Positions 36,412 to 49,780 are shown, counted from the first letter of the whole stretch. The stretch is 63,208 nt of DNA, filler included, from Octopus bimaculoides (GCF_001194135.2; 5 parts of 4 records of this genome joined end to end with filler, not necessarily neighbours in it), one strand, 5' to 3'. The notes: generated by a model from the letters alone, not told the origin. Translations and numbers: made by a program.

Positions 36412-36828
36412 TATCTATATACGTATGAAGAAATATCAAAAGATTTCTCACTTAATGATATCGAAAAAAATTATAGTCAGTGATAGCAATTTGATGGCAC
36501 CAAGTATATAACTGGTACTTTATTTAAAAGTGATTAAGGAATCGGGATGTGTGTACGAAAGTGAGTAATGTGACACGTATACAACGTTTTACGGTTTCGG
36601 TTTATCTCCATAGCGCCCCCTACAAATATTAATAGAAAACAAGTAAGTTTTTTTGACCAAGATTTGCTTAAAAAGTGAAATGGTTGCAGAAATATCTTAT
36701 CAGCTTCATGGTTGAATGTTTTGGCAAANNNNNNNNNNNNNNNNNNNNNNNNNNNNNNNNNNNNNNNNNNNNTTAATTAATTAANNNNNNNNNNNNNNNN
36801 NNNNNNNNNNNNNNNNNNNNNNNNNNNN

Positions 36829-37140
36829 TTGTAAGCCTAGTACTTATTCTATCAGTCTCTTTTGCCGAACCGCTAAGTTACGGGGACGTAAACACACCAG
36901 CATCGGTTGTCAAGCGATGGTGGGGGAACAAACACAGATACACAAACACACATACATATATATATACATATACATATATACGACAGGCTTCTTCCAGTTT
37001 CCGTCTACCAAATCCACTCACAAGGCTTTGGTCGGCCCGAGGCTATAGTAGAAGACACTTGCCCAAGGTGCCACGCAGTGGGACTGAACTCGGAACCATG
37101 CGGTTGGTAGGCAAGCTACTTACCACACAGCCACTCCTGC
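36829..37140 (-). mobile_element. SINE family B (internal microsatellite), 3' end in a gap
   Basis: Head gcaggagtggctgtgtggtaagtagcttg...gagttcagtcccactgcgtggcaccttgggcaagtgtc. Confidence 0.88.
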
Positions 37141-38982
37141 ATCTATATATATATGCAGTGAGAAAGAGAGAGTGAGTGAGAGAGTGAGAGATACTGAGAG
37201 TGAGAGGAGGTAGATGCAGAGAGAGAGAGGGGCAGCGAGAAAGGAAGATATGTTAATACATGTGTCAAACTTGGAAAATTTCAGTACATTTTGTATCACT
37301 TCACGTTAGTCTACTGGGAATCCTACTGAATATATAATAACACTAAGCTCTAATCAGATGATCTACAGGTGAGATGATAATTTTTTTTGTTATAATTTTT
37401 ACACCATTTTTCTACACAATAAAAATAGATAGAATGAATGATTGGTTCCCCGAGGAAAAACAAATATCGGAACTTGAATTATATTTCATGAAAGAGGTTC
37501 GTGACTGAGAGAGACATAATAGCTTAAAGTAATTTAGTGAGGATGGAAGAAAAATGTATACATGACTGAAACACATATGTGAAAAGACAAAGGAAATGCG
37601 AGGGCACATCAAATAAGTAAATAACTTGAAAGTAAACATATTTTACAATATGCTTTTGTGAAGAAATAGCATTTCTAAGTAATTTGTCCTTACTTTCTGT
37701 ACACAAGTGACCTTCAAAATAAGGATTGGAATAAAATATATTGATTTCTGTTGATATCACATGAAGTTGTTCTGGAGTTATGCTCGATTTATTGCTACGT
37801 ATTTGCTTATTCAGAGAATTGTATATGAAAAAGCCCAAAGGCTGCCTATGGATAAGCTGAAATTCTGAACCAGCATGCATAAATCAGTTAAATCCGCTTA
37901 TCTACGATTTTTTTTTGGCATGCTGCATCATTCAGCAGTAATTCTTTATTATATACGCGACAATGACTACAAAAGAGGCTAGAATTGTGAAGTTCTAACA
38001 TTCATGCATTTTTAACACAAAATAGAAATTCGATCGTGATGGCAGTATGTCAGGAAATTAGGGAATACTGGTTATAATTACGAATAAGATAATGAAAAAA
38101 AATATAGATCAGTTAATGAAAGAAATGATTACGAAGGTAATATGTGTGATTCCTACTGATTAGATACACGATTTAATTAAAGTGAAAAGCAATAGAAAAC
38201 TGATTTTTTAAAAAATTCGGACAACGTTGTTATTCTTTTTAAATAATGTTATTGATTTAGTTGTGATCCTATGGACAAGTGCGTGGTCTTCGTTTCCCTC
38301 TTCAATTTATCTTCTTATAATCTGCTGCATATGACAGCACACTGTTTAAAATAACATGTAGCAAAAGCTATATTTCCTTTAAGGACATCTACGGTTAATT
38401 TCTGTCTGATTATCCTGCTTTTTATTATTTACTTTCTGTTATTCTTCAGTGTGTAATATATGTCATTAAATTGATCTTAGACACGTGCGCGCACGCGCAT
38501 ACACAGAGCAAACAATTACAAAGAATACAGAGTCTGGTACATCTTCAAATATTTCTTTTAATTTAACAGTTGGTCACACAGCATAATTAGTTGGTTAAAA
38601 TGACCGACGCAACTTCACATTTCAGTGCAGCACAAACACGGGCCGGTCATTTTTGGCCATGNNNNNNNNNNNNNNNNNNNNNNNNNNNNNNNNNNNNNNN
38701 NNNNNNNNNNNNNNNNNNNNNNNNNNNNNNNNNNNNNNNNNNNNNNNNNNNNNNNNNNNNNNNNNNNNNNNNNNNNNNNNNNNNNNNNNNNNNNNNNNNN
38801 NNNNNNNNNNNNNNNNNNNNNNNNNNNNNNNNNNNNNNNNNNNNNNNNNNNNNNNNNNNNNNNNNNNNNNNNNNNNNNNNNNNNNNNNNNNNNNNNNNNN
38901 NNNNNNNNNNNNNNNNNNNNNNNNNNNNNNNNNNNNNNNNNNNNNNNNNNNNNNNNNNNNNNNNNNNNNNNNNNNNNNNNNN

Positions 38983-39035
<53 letters not shown>

Positions 39036-39059
39036 ATATATACTTATATATATATATAT

Positions 39060-39108
<49 letters not shown>

Positions 39109-39800
39109 TACATAGATAGATAGATAGATAGACAGATATATATAAGGTGAGTATATAGGGATGTGTGTGTGTGTGTGTATGAATGCGCATGCGCATATAC
39201 CCACACATGTATAAATGTAACATGCGTCCTTGTCAATTTCTATGGTATATGAATATTGTATTGTATGTCATAAATTTGGTTTTACAACTGTGTTTATGAC
39301 TGCTGTTTATTTCAAAGAAGTAAATAGCTTCACCTCGAATACATCTCGGTAGCCTTGCCTAGACTACTAGAGCTGGCCTCACAGCTGGTTGTTATGCACA
39401 ACTCAGTGACTTGGAAATTCAAAAACCCAATATTTCTCTATCCAAAATATCACCTTCGAGACATGAGCTAATCACGCTATTCTGGTTTGTTTTTGTTTTT
39501 TTCGAACAACTTCTAATTAATATTTGAATGCAATCTTAGTACACGCCTGTTTACCAGATAATAATCTCGTTAACTTTCTAATATACACTGTGATCACTAA
39601 AATTTTAATGTTTTCCCATTTGTCTCTAATTGACTGTCTGTATGTCTATATTTACTTTACATCAAAAATAGAACTCTCCATCTCTCTTTCAAAATATTTT
39701 TGTCTTCACTTTTATTAGAAAGCATTGTCCTTACCAAATTTGCATAGAGAATACTCCTCTCTCAACTCTTATTCATTCCATTTGCTCATCGTTATCTCAT

Positions 39801-39866
<66 letters not shown>

Positions 39867-40136
39867 CTNNNNNNNNNNNNNNNNNNNNNNNNNNNNNNNN
39901 NNNNNNNNNNNNNNNNNNNNNNNNNNNNNNNNNNNNNNNNNNNNNNNNNNNNNNNNNNNNNNNNNNNNNNNNNNNNNNNNNNNNNNNNNNNNNNNNNNNN
40001 NNNNNNNNNNNNNNNNNNNNNNNNNNNNNNNNNNNNNNNNNNNNNNNNNNNNNNNNNNNNNNNNNNNNNNNNNNNNNNNNNNNNNNNNNNNNNNNNNNNN
40101 NNNNNNNNNNNNNNNNNNNNNNNNNNNNNNNNNNNN

Positions 40137-40173
<37 letters not shown>

Positions 40174-40965
40174 GAATGTATGTCACCCTGTATGAATCTA
40201 TGTATGAATATTTTTTGCCGAAGAAAATGTGACGAACATTTTCGTGCTTTCAATTCTTAATTCAGAATAGAAATTAACTACTTTTAAAAATCACCTTTTT
40301 GTATTATTCACATTTCATGCTATTCACTTCTCTCTTTATTTTTTCAATATAGAAGAATAATTCACCTCTTTCTCAGGGTAGAAGGAATTATTTATTGCTC
40401 AATGTAAGTTATACATTGAAATTCTCGAACCTATTTTCAATGTCGTCTTATGCATTGTGTTTGCAAAATATAATTATTTTCTTTTCAGCATTTGCATTCA
40501 TCTTCAATATAAATATATCATGAATGCTCAAATTAGAGTTAAGTATTCAGCATATATATATTTTTTTATTTCTGTCATCTGTTGATGCAAGTTTCAATAT
40601 CTTTATATGATGTCAGCAGAGTTCATATAAGATTATATTTATATTTTTGGGAATGTATGATGAGGTGAGGCTTTTCAAAAGGATGCATAAAACACAATCG
40701 CCCCTAAAATAGAAGAGCTACACTCGTGTCCACTATACTGCAGAAAGATAAAACCGATAATATATGGTTTGTTAACAAGTGTATGCTTACACATTGTTGC
40801 ACCACAATGGGGTAGTATGATAGAAGAGAAGATGGAAGAAGAAATGAACAGGCAGAGAGAGAAATGACCTGTAAGGAATTTAGTCGTGAGCTAAATACGA
40901 CAATGACAAAATTATATTTTAAGTTCTCATCAAATAATTTACTTATGTTCATATTTTTGAGTTAT

Positions 40966-41100
40966 TTTCCGCCGAGGTCAACTTTGCTTTTCATCCTTTC
41001 GGGTTCGATAAATTAAGTACTAGTTGCGTACTTGGGTCGATCTAATCGACTGGTCCCATTCCTAAAAATTTCGGGCCTTGTACCTAGAGTAGAAAAGAAT
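40966..41100 (+). mobile_element. SINE family A, 5'-truncated
   Basis: ttccgccgaggtcaactttgcttttcatcctttcggg...gggccttgtacctagagtagaaaag. Confidence 0.8.
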
Positions 41101-41231
41101 AATTTTGAGGTACCTTAGTGAAACTTATATTGTTAGTGACATTTAGACTAGAATTCAGAATTTAAATCAATTTTTTTGACAACCTTAGTCATTTGTCTAG
41201 CTCATAAGAAGTTTCCTTTCCGACTTCATAC

Positions 41232-41345
41232 TTCCGGGTTCAGTTCACTGTTTGGCTTCTAAGACGGGTGTCTTCTAGTCTCGGCTCGACCAACGCCCTG
41301 TGAGTTGCTTGGGCAGTCGCAAACCGGAGAGAGGTGTGACTCAGT
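41232..41345 (+). mobile_element. degenerate SINE family B head fragment
   Basis: ccgggttcagttc..gtgtcttcta..ctcggc.cgaccaa.gcc.tgtgag. Confidence 0.4.
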
Positions 41346-41433
41346 GGAACTATAAATTTTACATTGCAATATATATTCTAGAACTTTTCTATGTATGTAT
41401 GTATGTATGTATGTATGTATGTATGTATGTATG

Positions 41434-41466
<33 letters not shown>

Positions 41467-41519
41467 GTATACATCTATGTATGTTTCTATGTCTGGCTGT
41501 ATGTCTCACTCTCTTCCTT

Positions 41520-41567
<48 letters not shown>

Positions 41568-42304
41568 CTCTCTCTCTCTACAAACACATACATAAATGCG
41601 TATTAGTCTTAATGAACCTGCAGTAAAGTACTCAATACCATAGCAGAGTACAATAATTTACGTTAATCGAATAGCTTGTAACTCTGCAATTTGTCCGTAG
41701 TTTAATTCACTCCTTGGGTAAGTGAAAATACTGAACACTAGAGCGTACAGGGAGAGCTTTTCACTACGACGACTAATAGACTCGAATACACGATTAGCTG
41801 AACTTTTATACTGGGTTCTGGCCTGGATCATTAGAGGAGAACCCGAAAGCAGAAGGTGCCTGATAAATGCACATACATCAGCGTGCATGCATACTTATAT
41901 ACCAAGAAAGATGGAAGCAAGTAAGTAAGTCATACATGTGGGAAAGCATAGCTACATATTCAGAAATTCATACAGAGCCCGTAGTTGCCTGCCAGCTATT
42001 GCAAAGATGGACTCCGGAGATAAAAAGGGAAAATGAATGTTCTGTTGGCACAACATACTAAGTCCGATGTCAACACAAGCATACACGCTATAGACTAAAA
42101 TAGAATGACGAAAATATAAATAAAAAGTGAAAGAAAGTAAAGACAAGGGTAGGAAGACACATACACACACATGTATGTATGTATGTGTGTATATATGTAT
42201 GTATGTACATATGTATATACGTATGTATGTATGCATGTATGTTTGTGTAGTATATATCTCTCTCTCTCTCTCTATTTATGTCTGTCTATCTGTCTGTCTG
42301 TCTG

Positions 42305-42693
42305 CCTGAAGCCATGCCGAAGCACCGACTTGAAGAGTTTTATCGACCTCAGGGGTTACTTTTTAAAGCCTGGAACTTAATCTATCGGATAATTTTGTTG
42401 AAACGCTAAGTTACAGAGTCGTAAACACACCAACACCGGTTGTCAAGCGGTGGAGTGGGGTGGAGGTCAAACACAGACACAAACACATGCGCGCACGCGC
42501 ACACACATACACACGCGCGCGCGCACACACACACGACACTTCTTTCTGCTTCCGTCTACCGAATCTGCACACAAGGTTTTTGTCGGCTCGAGGCTATAGT
42601 TGAAAACATTTGCCCAAGGCGCTACGCAGTGGGATTGATATCGGGAACCATTGGTTGGGAAGCAAGCTTCTTATCATACATTCACGCCCGCAC
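42305..42693 (-). mobile_element. SINE family B, diverged full-length copy
   Basis: Collinear with 36829-37140. Confidence 0.8.
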
Positions 42694-43404
42694 CTCTCCC
42701 TCTCCCTCTCTCTCTCTTTATGTATATATTCAAAAAGATACATAAATACATCTATATATACGTTTATGTGCGCGTCCGTATTTGCTCATATGTATGCACC
42801 AAAAAAAACCCAGACTCGGCCACTAAGCCACTAAATCACTACATACACTAGAAATGTAAGCATTGAAAATAGAGAAAGCAACAACATAAAACATTAAATT
42901 TAAAAAATAAATAAATATAATGCTATCAATCTCGACACACCTATATAACGCGCCGAATAAAATAAAATCACTTCCGATGTAACTTTCGTCTCCACACATA
43001 ATTATCACACATCAGTTGGTAAATAATTCCCTAAAGCTCATCTGGCCGCCTGGCCATCACTATAAAATCACTCTCACATCACTGAATTAAACTTTCACGA
43101 ACTTCCACAATGCCCAGCGGAAGAATCATCAAGTTATACTCAACAATATAATTATTGACACTTCTTTGAAAAAACATATCAGTAGGCAAGTATAACGCAT
43201 AACGTGAATTACATGAGTGACCAAGGCGACCGGATAGAAAGTAGAAACAGCCGGTAATACACTACCCACGCATTTATACCATAGCATAAACCCCTAGTTA
43301 GCATTAAAATACTATACAAAATAAGTACCAGTGCAATTAAATCTCTCAGTAGCCACGCCACAGTAAGTCTGATAATAAGTCTAAATAATTTACTCATACA
43401 CCAA

Positions 43405-43640
43405 AGGCAACGAGCAGGTAGAATCGTTAGTATGCTGGGCGAAACACCGCTAAAAACATCGTCTGAGTTCGAATTCCGCTAAAAACACGTGCTGAGTTCG
43501 AATTCCGTGGAAATCAACTTTGAGTTATATCCTTCCCGGGTCGATAAAATAAGTACTAGTTGAAAGCTGGGGTGGGTTGTTGTAATCGACAAACCCATTC
43601 CTTCGAAATTGTTGGTCTGTGCCAAAACCGGAAACCAATA
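43405..43640 (+). mobile_element. SINE family A with a tandemly duplicated B-box
   Basis: A 29-bp unit ccgctaaaaaca....ctgagttcgaatt occurs twice. CTC(A/G)TACACCAA flanks both ends. Confidence 0.75.
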
Positions 43641-44195
43641 TGCTCGTACACCAACCAGAAAGAAACAATATTCGGAAAATCTTGTTGCTAAATTCAGTTT
43701 CTAGAAAAAAAGACCCCAAAGAAGGTAGAAATTAACCGTAAAAAAAACGCACGTTCTAATTAAGCTGTTTTAATTAAGTAAAGAGCCACAAGAGAAAACG
43801 TACGATTTTAAAAGCCTCAGGTTCTGAGAAAATCATATGCGTTCAACTGAGACTGCAAGTAATTGTTGTACAGGTCAATATGCTAAACGCGTTGTGTGAA
43901 CCCTGCAAATTCCGAAATTAACAAAATTGAGAAGATTTATAACAACTCCGAATAAAAAATTCTTGAATAAGCATAACTGAAAGGCATTGCACTTCTATTA
44001 AAGACCTCAAAATTGTAGGACCCAACCTGGCGTTCGAGGTTCTTTTTGTAGTAAAAAGAAGTCGTAAAACATACTTTATTTGGTCACCGAAAGTTTACTG
44101 AATGTTTTGATACCTCATACGTCAAAATCGGTAAGTTTTCAATCCATAAGGAACATATGCATCACGCACGCACGCACACACATACACACACTCTA

Positions 44196-44243
<48 letters not shown>

Positions 44244-45189
44244 GCGTGTGTGTTGTGTATATTAAGTATATATATATGCGTGTGTATTGTGTATATTATA
44301 ATCTATATATAATATAGATGTTTAACATTGGATTTGTGAATAATTGACAAAAAATGTCCGACACTAGCTTTCGAATACTTACAGCTTCGATCAATCGACC
44401 AAGATGCCGTGTGTTATTTTGGCGGAATAAGAAGAAATCTGGGTTCTCATTTAAAACGTCAAGTGCTAAAATAAGAGTGATATGTTTACTAATCACAAGC
44501 ACACTGATTTACTTTTTATAACCAGGAAGAAAGCTGGAATCATCGCATCAAAAGAGAATCTAAGACTACCGACCAACGAGTCACATTTGGTCCCAATAAA
44601 TAAACAATCCAACATCGATTGAATACAGGCGACGTATGTACTTTCGTGCTTATATACGTTTCTTTTACCAATACATACGCATGCATTATCTGTGTGTACA
44701 ACTGGGTGTATTATTCGAAAGTATTTGTATAGTAGACTATTTTACAATTAATTCATATCTATTGTTAACTAAACTGACATTAGATTCGAATCAAAACACG
44801 AACTTTTGTCTGAGAGTTTCGATTCTTCTGTAAAGGTCAAACATAAGTTATTTATATGAAGTTTACTTTTTCTAAAGTTATTGAAACGTACTGTAAGATA
44901 CAGTTTATTACAGAGTTTTTCGTGTGCGTTTTTTCTTCACTGATATTTATCTCCTTTTATCACATCTGTTCAATACCCACATTAGTATATAATATATGTA
45001 TATATAAAATATTTACATGGAATACGTTAGGTATATAAGAAAATAAGTAAAATATTGAAAACATAAAGCTTACTGTTAAAGTGTATATCCATGTATAAAT
45101 ATTTATGTATAGCTGGTGAATTGCAAACATAACCTCTATGGACGTTGTCATAATATATCTTTCTTATGGACTCTTCATTTTTATCACTC

Positions 45190-45229
<40 letters not shown>

Positions 45230-45382
45230 GATTCTCTTCTCTCTTTGTCTCTTCCTCCTCTTGCTCATTATCATCATCATCATCATCATCATCGTCGTCG
45301 TCGTCGTCGTCGTCATCGTCAACATCGTCGTCGTCGTCGTCGCCGTTGTCATCATCATCATTATCATCAGCATCATCCACTT

Positions 45383-45529
45383 GGCAAGGTGGCAGAATTG
45401 TCATTTCGTCCGTCTTTAAGTTCTGATTTCAAATTATGCCGAGGACGACTTTGCCTTTTTATCCTTTTCGGGGACGATTTAATCAACCCACCCCGCCCAC
45501 GAAATTGCTGACATTGTGCCAAAATTTGA

Positions 45530-45530
<1 letters not shown>
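45383..45530 (+). mobile_element. SINE family A, internally deleted
   Basis: ggcaaggtggcagaattg..tttcgtccgtc..ccgaggacgactttgcc..ttgtgccaaaatttgaa. Confidence 0.7.
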
Positions 45531-45577
<47 letters not shown>

Positions 45578-45611
45578 ATTATTATCATTATTGTTGTTGT
45601 TGTTGTTGTTA

Positions 45612-45823
45612 AGGCGGCGAGCTGGCAGAATCGTTAAGACGCTCGACGAAATGCTTAGCGGTATTTTGTCCGTCGCTGTGTTCTGAGTTCAAATTCCGCC
45701 GAGGTTCACTTTACCTTTCATCCTTTCAGTCTGGATAAAATAAGTACCATTTGAACACTGGGACCGATGTAAAAGACTCATCCCCTCTCGCAAAACTGCT
45801 GCCATCGTGGCAAAATTTGAAAC
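45612..45823 (+). mobile_element. SINE family A, full length
   Basis: ggcggcgagctggcagaatcg...aaaatttgaaac, between trinucleotide repeats. Confidence 0.85.
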
Positions 45824-45827
45824 GACT

Positions 45828-45858
<31 letters not shown>

Positions 45859-46046
45859 TTATTATTATTATCATTGTTGTTGTGCATATTGTCATCATCG
45901 TCGTCATTGTTGATGTTGTTATTCACAACGTTTCCACTCCCTACATTTCATACTGCATTTATACTTCCAAAAGTCAAGAGTAGTCATAATTTATGTCCTA
46001 TTCAGCAGTAGAATGCAGGCTTCTGTATATCGTTGTTGATGTAGCA

Positions 46047-46092
<46 letters not shown>

Positions 46093-46451
46093 ACATAAAT
46101 GCATACCCATATATACACATGCTCCATCTCACAATTCCACAAATGCAAACACCTACACTAGCACATCTAATGCATAAACTCACAAACGCATATTAGTTGT
46201 TATGCTTAGGATTAAGTATAATGTTACAAGTTTATGCACTGGTATGAAGATAGAGGTTTAGTGTGTCGTAAATATGGTGTATCTGCACATGATGCGAACG
46301 TGTTGAGTTTTATAGTCAAATGTATGTAGGATGGTTACATGAAGGTGTTTTTCATTGGCGCCAAATAAGATTGGGAATTTATCCATCCCTTTCTATGGGA
46401 GCGCGGCGGTGAATTGAACACAAAAGCCAATGCGCCAGCATGCGTGCTTGA

Positions 46452-46494
<43 letters not shown>

Positions 46495-47110
46495 NNNNNN
46501 NNNNNNNNNNNNNNNNNNNNNNNNNNNNNNNNNNNNNNTTAATTAATTAANNNNNNNNNNNNNNNNNNNNNNNNNNNNNNNNNNNNNNNNNNNNTCTTGA
46601 CGAACGCCAGATGGAGGCAGCCGATCTGGTCGACAACAGACTAACAGCGCTGGAAAGGAAAAACAAATATGTTTATAAAACAAACATATTAATCTTAGAT
46701 TGTTTTTCTTTTCTCATCCTTTTTTTTTAACGTTGTCTTTTGTTTTTATTTTCGTATTTAGTCAACTAAAAAAGAGCAGGAGAGAGTAAGGGGTGTGAAT
46801 GGAAGGAAAGGATGAGGAGAAGGTGGAGGAGGTCATTGTTAATGAGAGGGGGGGGGGGGTTATTATTTTTTTTTTTAATCATTTTAACCTCGACTTTTGA
46901 CATCGTTCCATCACCAGTGAAGAAAAAGAGGAAAGAACAACAACACTCTTTATAAGAAACATCAACACACTAAAAGTTCAGTGCAGCAACGCCGTTGCTC
47001 CGTTTCATCACACTTCCAGCCACTGCTGTCTCTACTACTACTACTACTACTACTAATCATAATAATAATAAATAATAATAATGATAATAATAGTATAACA
47101 ATGATAATGA

Positions 47111-47327
47111 TTTCGAATTTTGTCACAAGGCCAGCAAGTTCGGTGGTTGAGTGAAGTCGATATTAGAGATTGATCCCAGTGTTTAACTGGTACTTATTTT
47201 ATCAACTCCGAAAGAATGAAAGACAAAGTCGATCGACCGCGGCGGAATTTGAACTCGGAACGTAAAGACGGATGAAATACTGCTAAGCATTTTCCCGGCG
47301 TGCTAACGATTCTGCTAGCTCGCCGCC

Positions 47328-47329
<2 letters not shown>
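47111..47329 (-). mobile_element. SINE family A, full length
   Basis: Head ggcggcgagctagcagaatcg, flanked by AAT repeats. Confidence 0.85.
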
Positions 47330-47370
<41 letters not shown>

Positions 47371-47376
47371 TAATAC

Positions 47377-47718
47377 TGCTGTGACCCCTTTCGGTCATGA
47401 CTGACCATGGGATTGCACCTAGAAAGTTACCCTCCCAGGCACAAGTCCGGGCAAGGTTGTTTAGGGAAGACCAGCAGTCGCCCATGCATACCAGCCTCCC
47501 CTCTCCACGCCACCAGTGTTATCCAAGGGAGAGGCAAAGGGGCCGATAGAGCTTGGCACCTGTGACGTCGCAACTCATTTCTACAATTGAGTGAACTGGA
47601 GCAATATAAAAAAAAGTATCTTGCTTAAGAACACAACACGCAGCCCGGTCCGGGATTCGAATTCGCAACCTCACGATCGTAAGCTCGACGCTTTAACCAC
47701 TGAGTCATGCGCCTTCAC
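47377..47718 (-). mobile_element. tRNA-derived SINE with CORE-like box and a different (RTE-like) tail
   Basis: Head gtgaaggcgcatgactcagtggtta..gcgaattcgaatcccgg, central ttgctccagttcactca..aaatgagt, tail ctaggtgcaatcccatggtcagtcatgaccgaaagggg. Confidence 0.8.
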
Positions 47719-47793
47719 ATAATAATGATAATAATAATAATAATTAATTCGTTTTATTGACCACAAGGGCTAATATCAATCAATATCAAAATT

Positions 47794-48080
47794 AAAAGAA
47801 GAGTGCCATTGTTATCTAGTGAACGATATTTCGACATCTTGTGTGTCTTCAACGGGTTCAGAAAATAAATTTGTCAATCTACTTCATTTTGGTTAATTTA
47901 TAAAGGATTGGGTTAATTCCTCCAGAAGATATAGAGTCAAAATTAAAAGAAGAGGAGTTACCTCAATCCTTTCTATATTAACCAAAATGAAGTAGATTAA
48001 CAAATATATTTTTTGAACCAGTTGAAGACACACAAGATGTCGAAATATCGTTCACTAGATAACAATGGCACTCTTCTTTT
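47794..48080. repeat. long inverted repeat: 129-bp arms, 29-nt loop
   Basis: 47794-47922 is the reverse complement of 47952-48080 with 9 mismatches by my count; the outer 60 bp are perfect. Confidence 0.95.
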
Positions 48081-48384
48081 GCCTGTCCAAAGCATTTTCA
48101 CATGTTTGTCCTTGCTTGTTTTCAGACTTTTCGTCAGTCTTTCTTTCATACGTTCTGAGTAATACAAAGCTTTTTCATAATTTCCAAGTTACTCTGGTGG
48201 GTGAAAAATATTATGGATGTGCATCATGTATGATGCATGGATGTCAGGGAAATATCTCTTGTGTATCGCATGCGATCCTTTGGACAAGCAAAGGGTGAAG
48301 TATATTACACGGAGATGGCTTTGCTAATAAATAGGGATAATGCAAGCATGGTTGCATATATAAAGATAGCTTAGCTACCTCGTA

Positions 48385-48575
48385 ATTTGGAATTTAATCC
48401 CACTGGATCAGGAACGCGTTGTGTTCTTCACAAGGCACTTCATTTCACATTGCTCCAGTCCACTCGTCTGGCAAAATTGAGTAATCCTGCGACGGACCGG
48501 CGTCCTATCCATGTGTTATATATACATGGACCAGGAGACCGGTCCCTGTGAGACTATATGACACGGGAAGGATCT
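48385..48575 (+). mobile_element. degenerate CORE-like SINE with a third tail type
   Basis: gttgtgttcttcacaaggcacttcatttcacattgctccagtccactc..ggcaaaattgagtaatcctgcgacggaccggcgtcc. Confidence 0.6.
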
Positions 48576-49409
48576 TTATCCTATCCTATCTATTATCCTG
48601 CATCTCACTGGACTAGTTTATCTACCACAGCCTCAGGTCAAGCAGAACCTTTGTATGTGAGAGTTGATAGAGAGGGTGAAGTGTGCAAAGGCTTGTCTAA
48701 AAGACTATTCGTGTTCAGCGGTGTTAGTCATAACCTGTCGCCAGTTTTAACATTACCAGCTGGTCTTTTGATGCTTTTAACAGAGTTCACACTGTTACAA
48801 GTATTCGGTAGGGTATCTATCTGGTCGAGGAATAATTTCGTTTTTGCTTTCCACAAGTTTTAGGGAACCTGAAAGTGGCACAATCTCTGTACTCGCATTT
48901 TCTAACCGAATCATTTAAACAACGACCATCAAGTCTCCTATTCACGAAGAAGCCATTATTTCCTAGTGATTCCTTCAGTAAACTTACCAATCGTTTACTG
49001 TTAAGAGCATTAAGGATTAAAGGAAAAGACGAGTTGTTTTGGGAGTTGAAAGTCAAAAATCTGTTGATGTCATGCATCGAGTTTATCATTCATATATACA
49101 CGTTTATATATTTATTTGTATATTTGTTATCGCCATCGTACATACCCACATACACATGCCACCCCAATCGCTCAAACACACACGTCTTTATTACGGGTGT
49201 CAAGCATTTCATAAACGAAAGCTGTCTAAATATTGAAATTCATTAATCAGTCTTAATTGCCCTAATATCATTCAAATTTATATTTATAATTATGTATGAA
49301 AGAACGCCCATACACGCAGAGACACACGCGTGTGTAGATATATGCATGTGTAGATATATGCGTGTGTAGATATACATACATAATTGGATTAACACATATA
49401 AATATGGCA

Positions 49410-49523
49410 CAAAATGGCTGTGTCGTAAGAAGTTTGCTTCCCAACCACATGGTTCCTGGTTCAGTCCCACTTGGGCAAGTGGATTTGGTATACGGAAACT
49501 GAAAGAAGCCCGTCGTATATATT

Positions 49524-49574
<51 letters not shown>

Positions 49575-49780
49575 TTGTGTGTCTGTGTTAGTCCCTACCC
49601 CCACTATTGCTTAACTACCGATGTTGGCGTGTTTACGTCTCTGTAACTTAGTGGTTCGGTAAAAGAGGCCGATAGAATAAGTATTAAGCTTTCATACAAT
49701 ATGTCCTGGGGTGGATTTGTTCGACTAAAGGCAGGGCTCCAGCATGGCCGCAGTTAAATGACTGAAAGAAGTACAAGAAA
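49410..49780 (+). mobile_element. SINE family B with internal deletions
   Basis: ggctgtgtcgtaagaagtttgcttcccaaccacatggttcc...ccagcatggccgcagttaaatgactgaaa. Confidence 0.85.

Noticed and set aside
38595-38661. Short inverted repeat aaaatgaccg...cggtcatttt, possibly a DNA transposon end
   Set aside because: Only 10 bp and truncated by a gap; insufficient to assign.
48760-48995. Possible minus-strand 10-nt microexon (..aacag|taaacgattg|gtaagt) spliced to an exon at 48868
   Set aside because: All three spliced frames hit a stop within about 25 codons. The NDWFP similarity to 37437 is probably chance.
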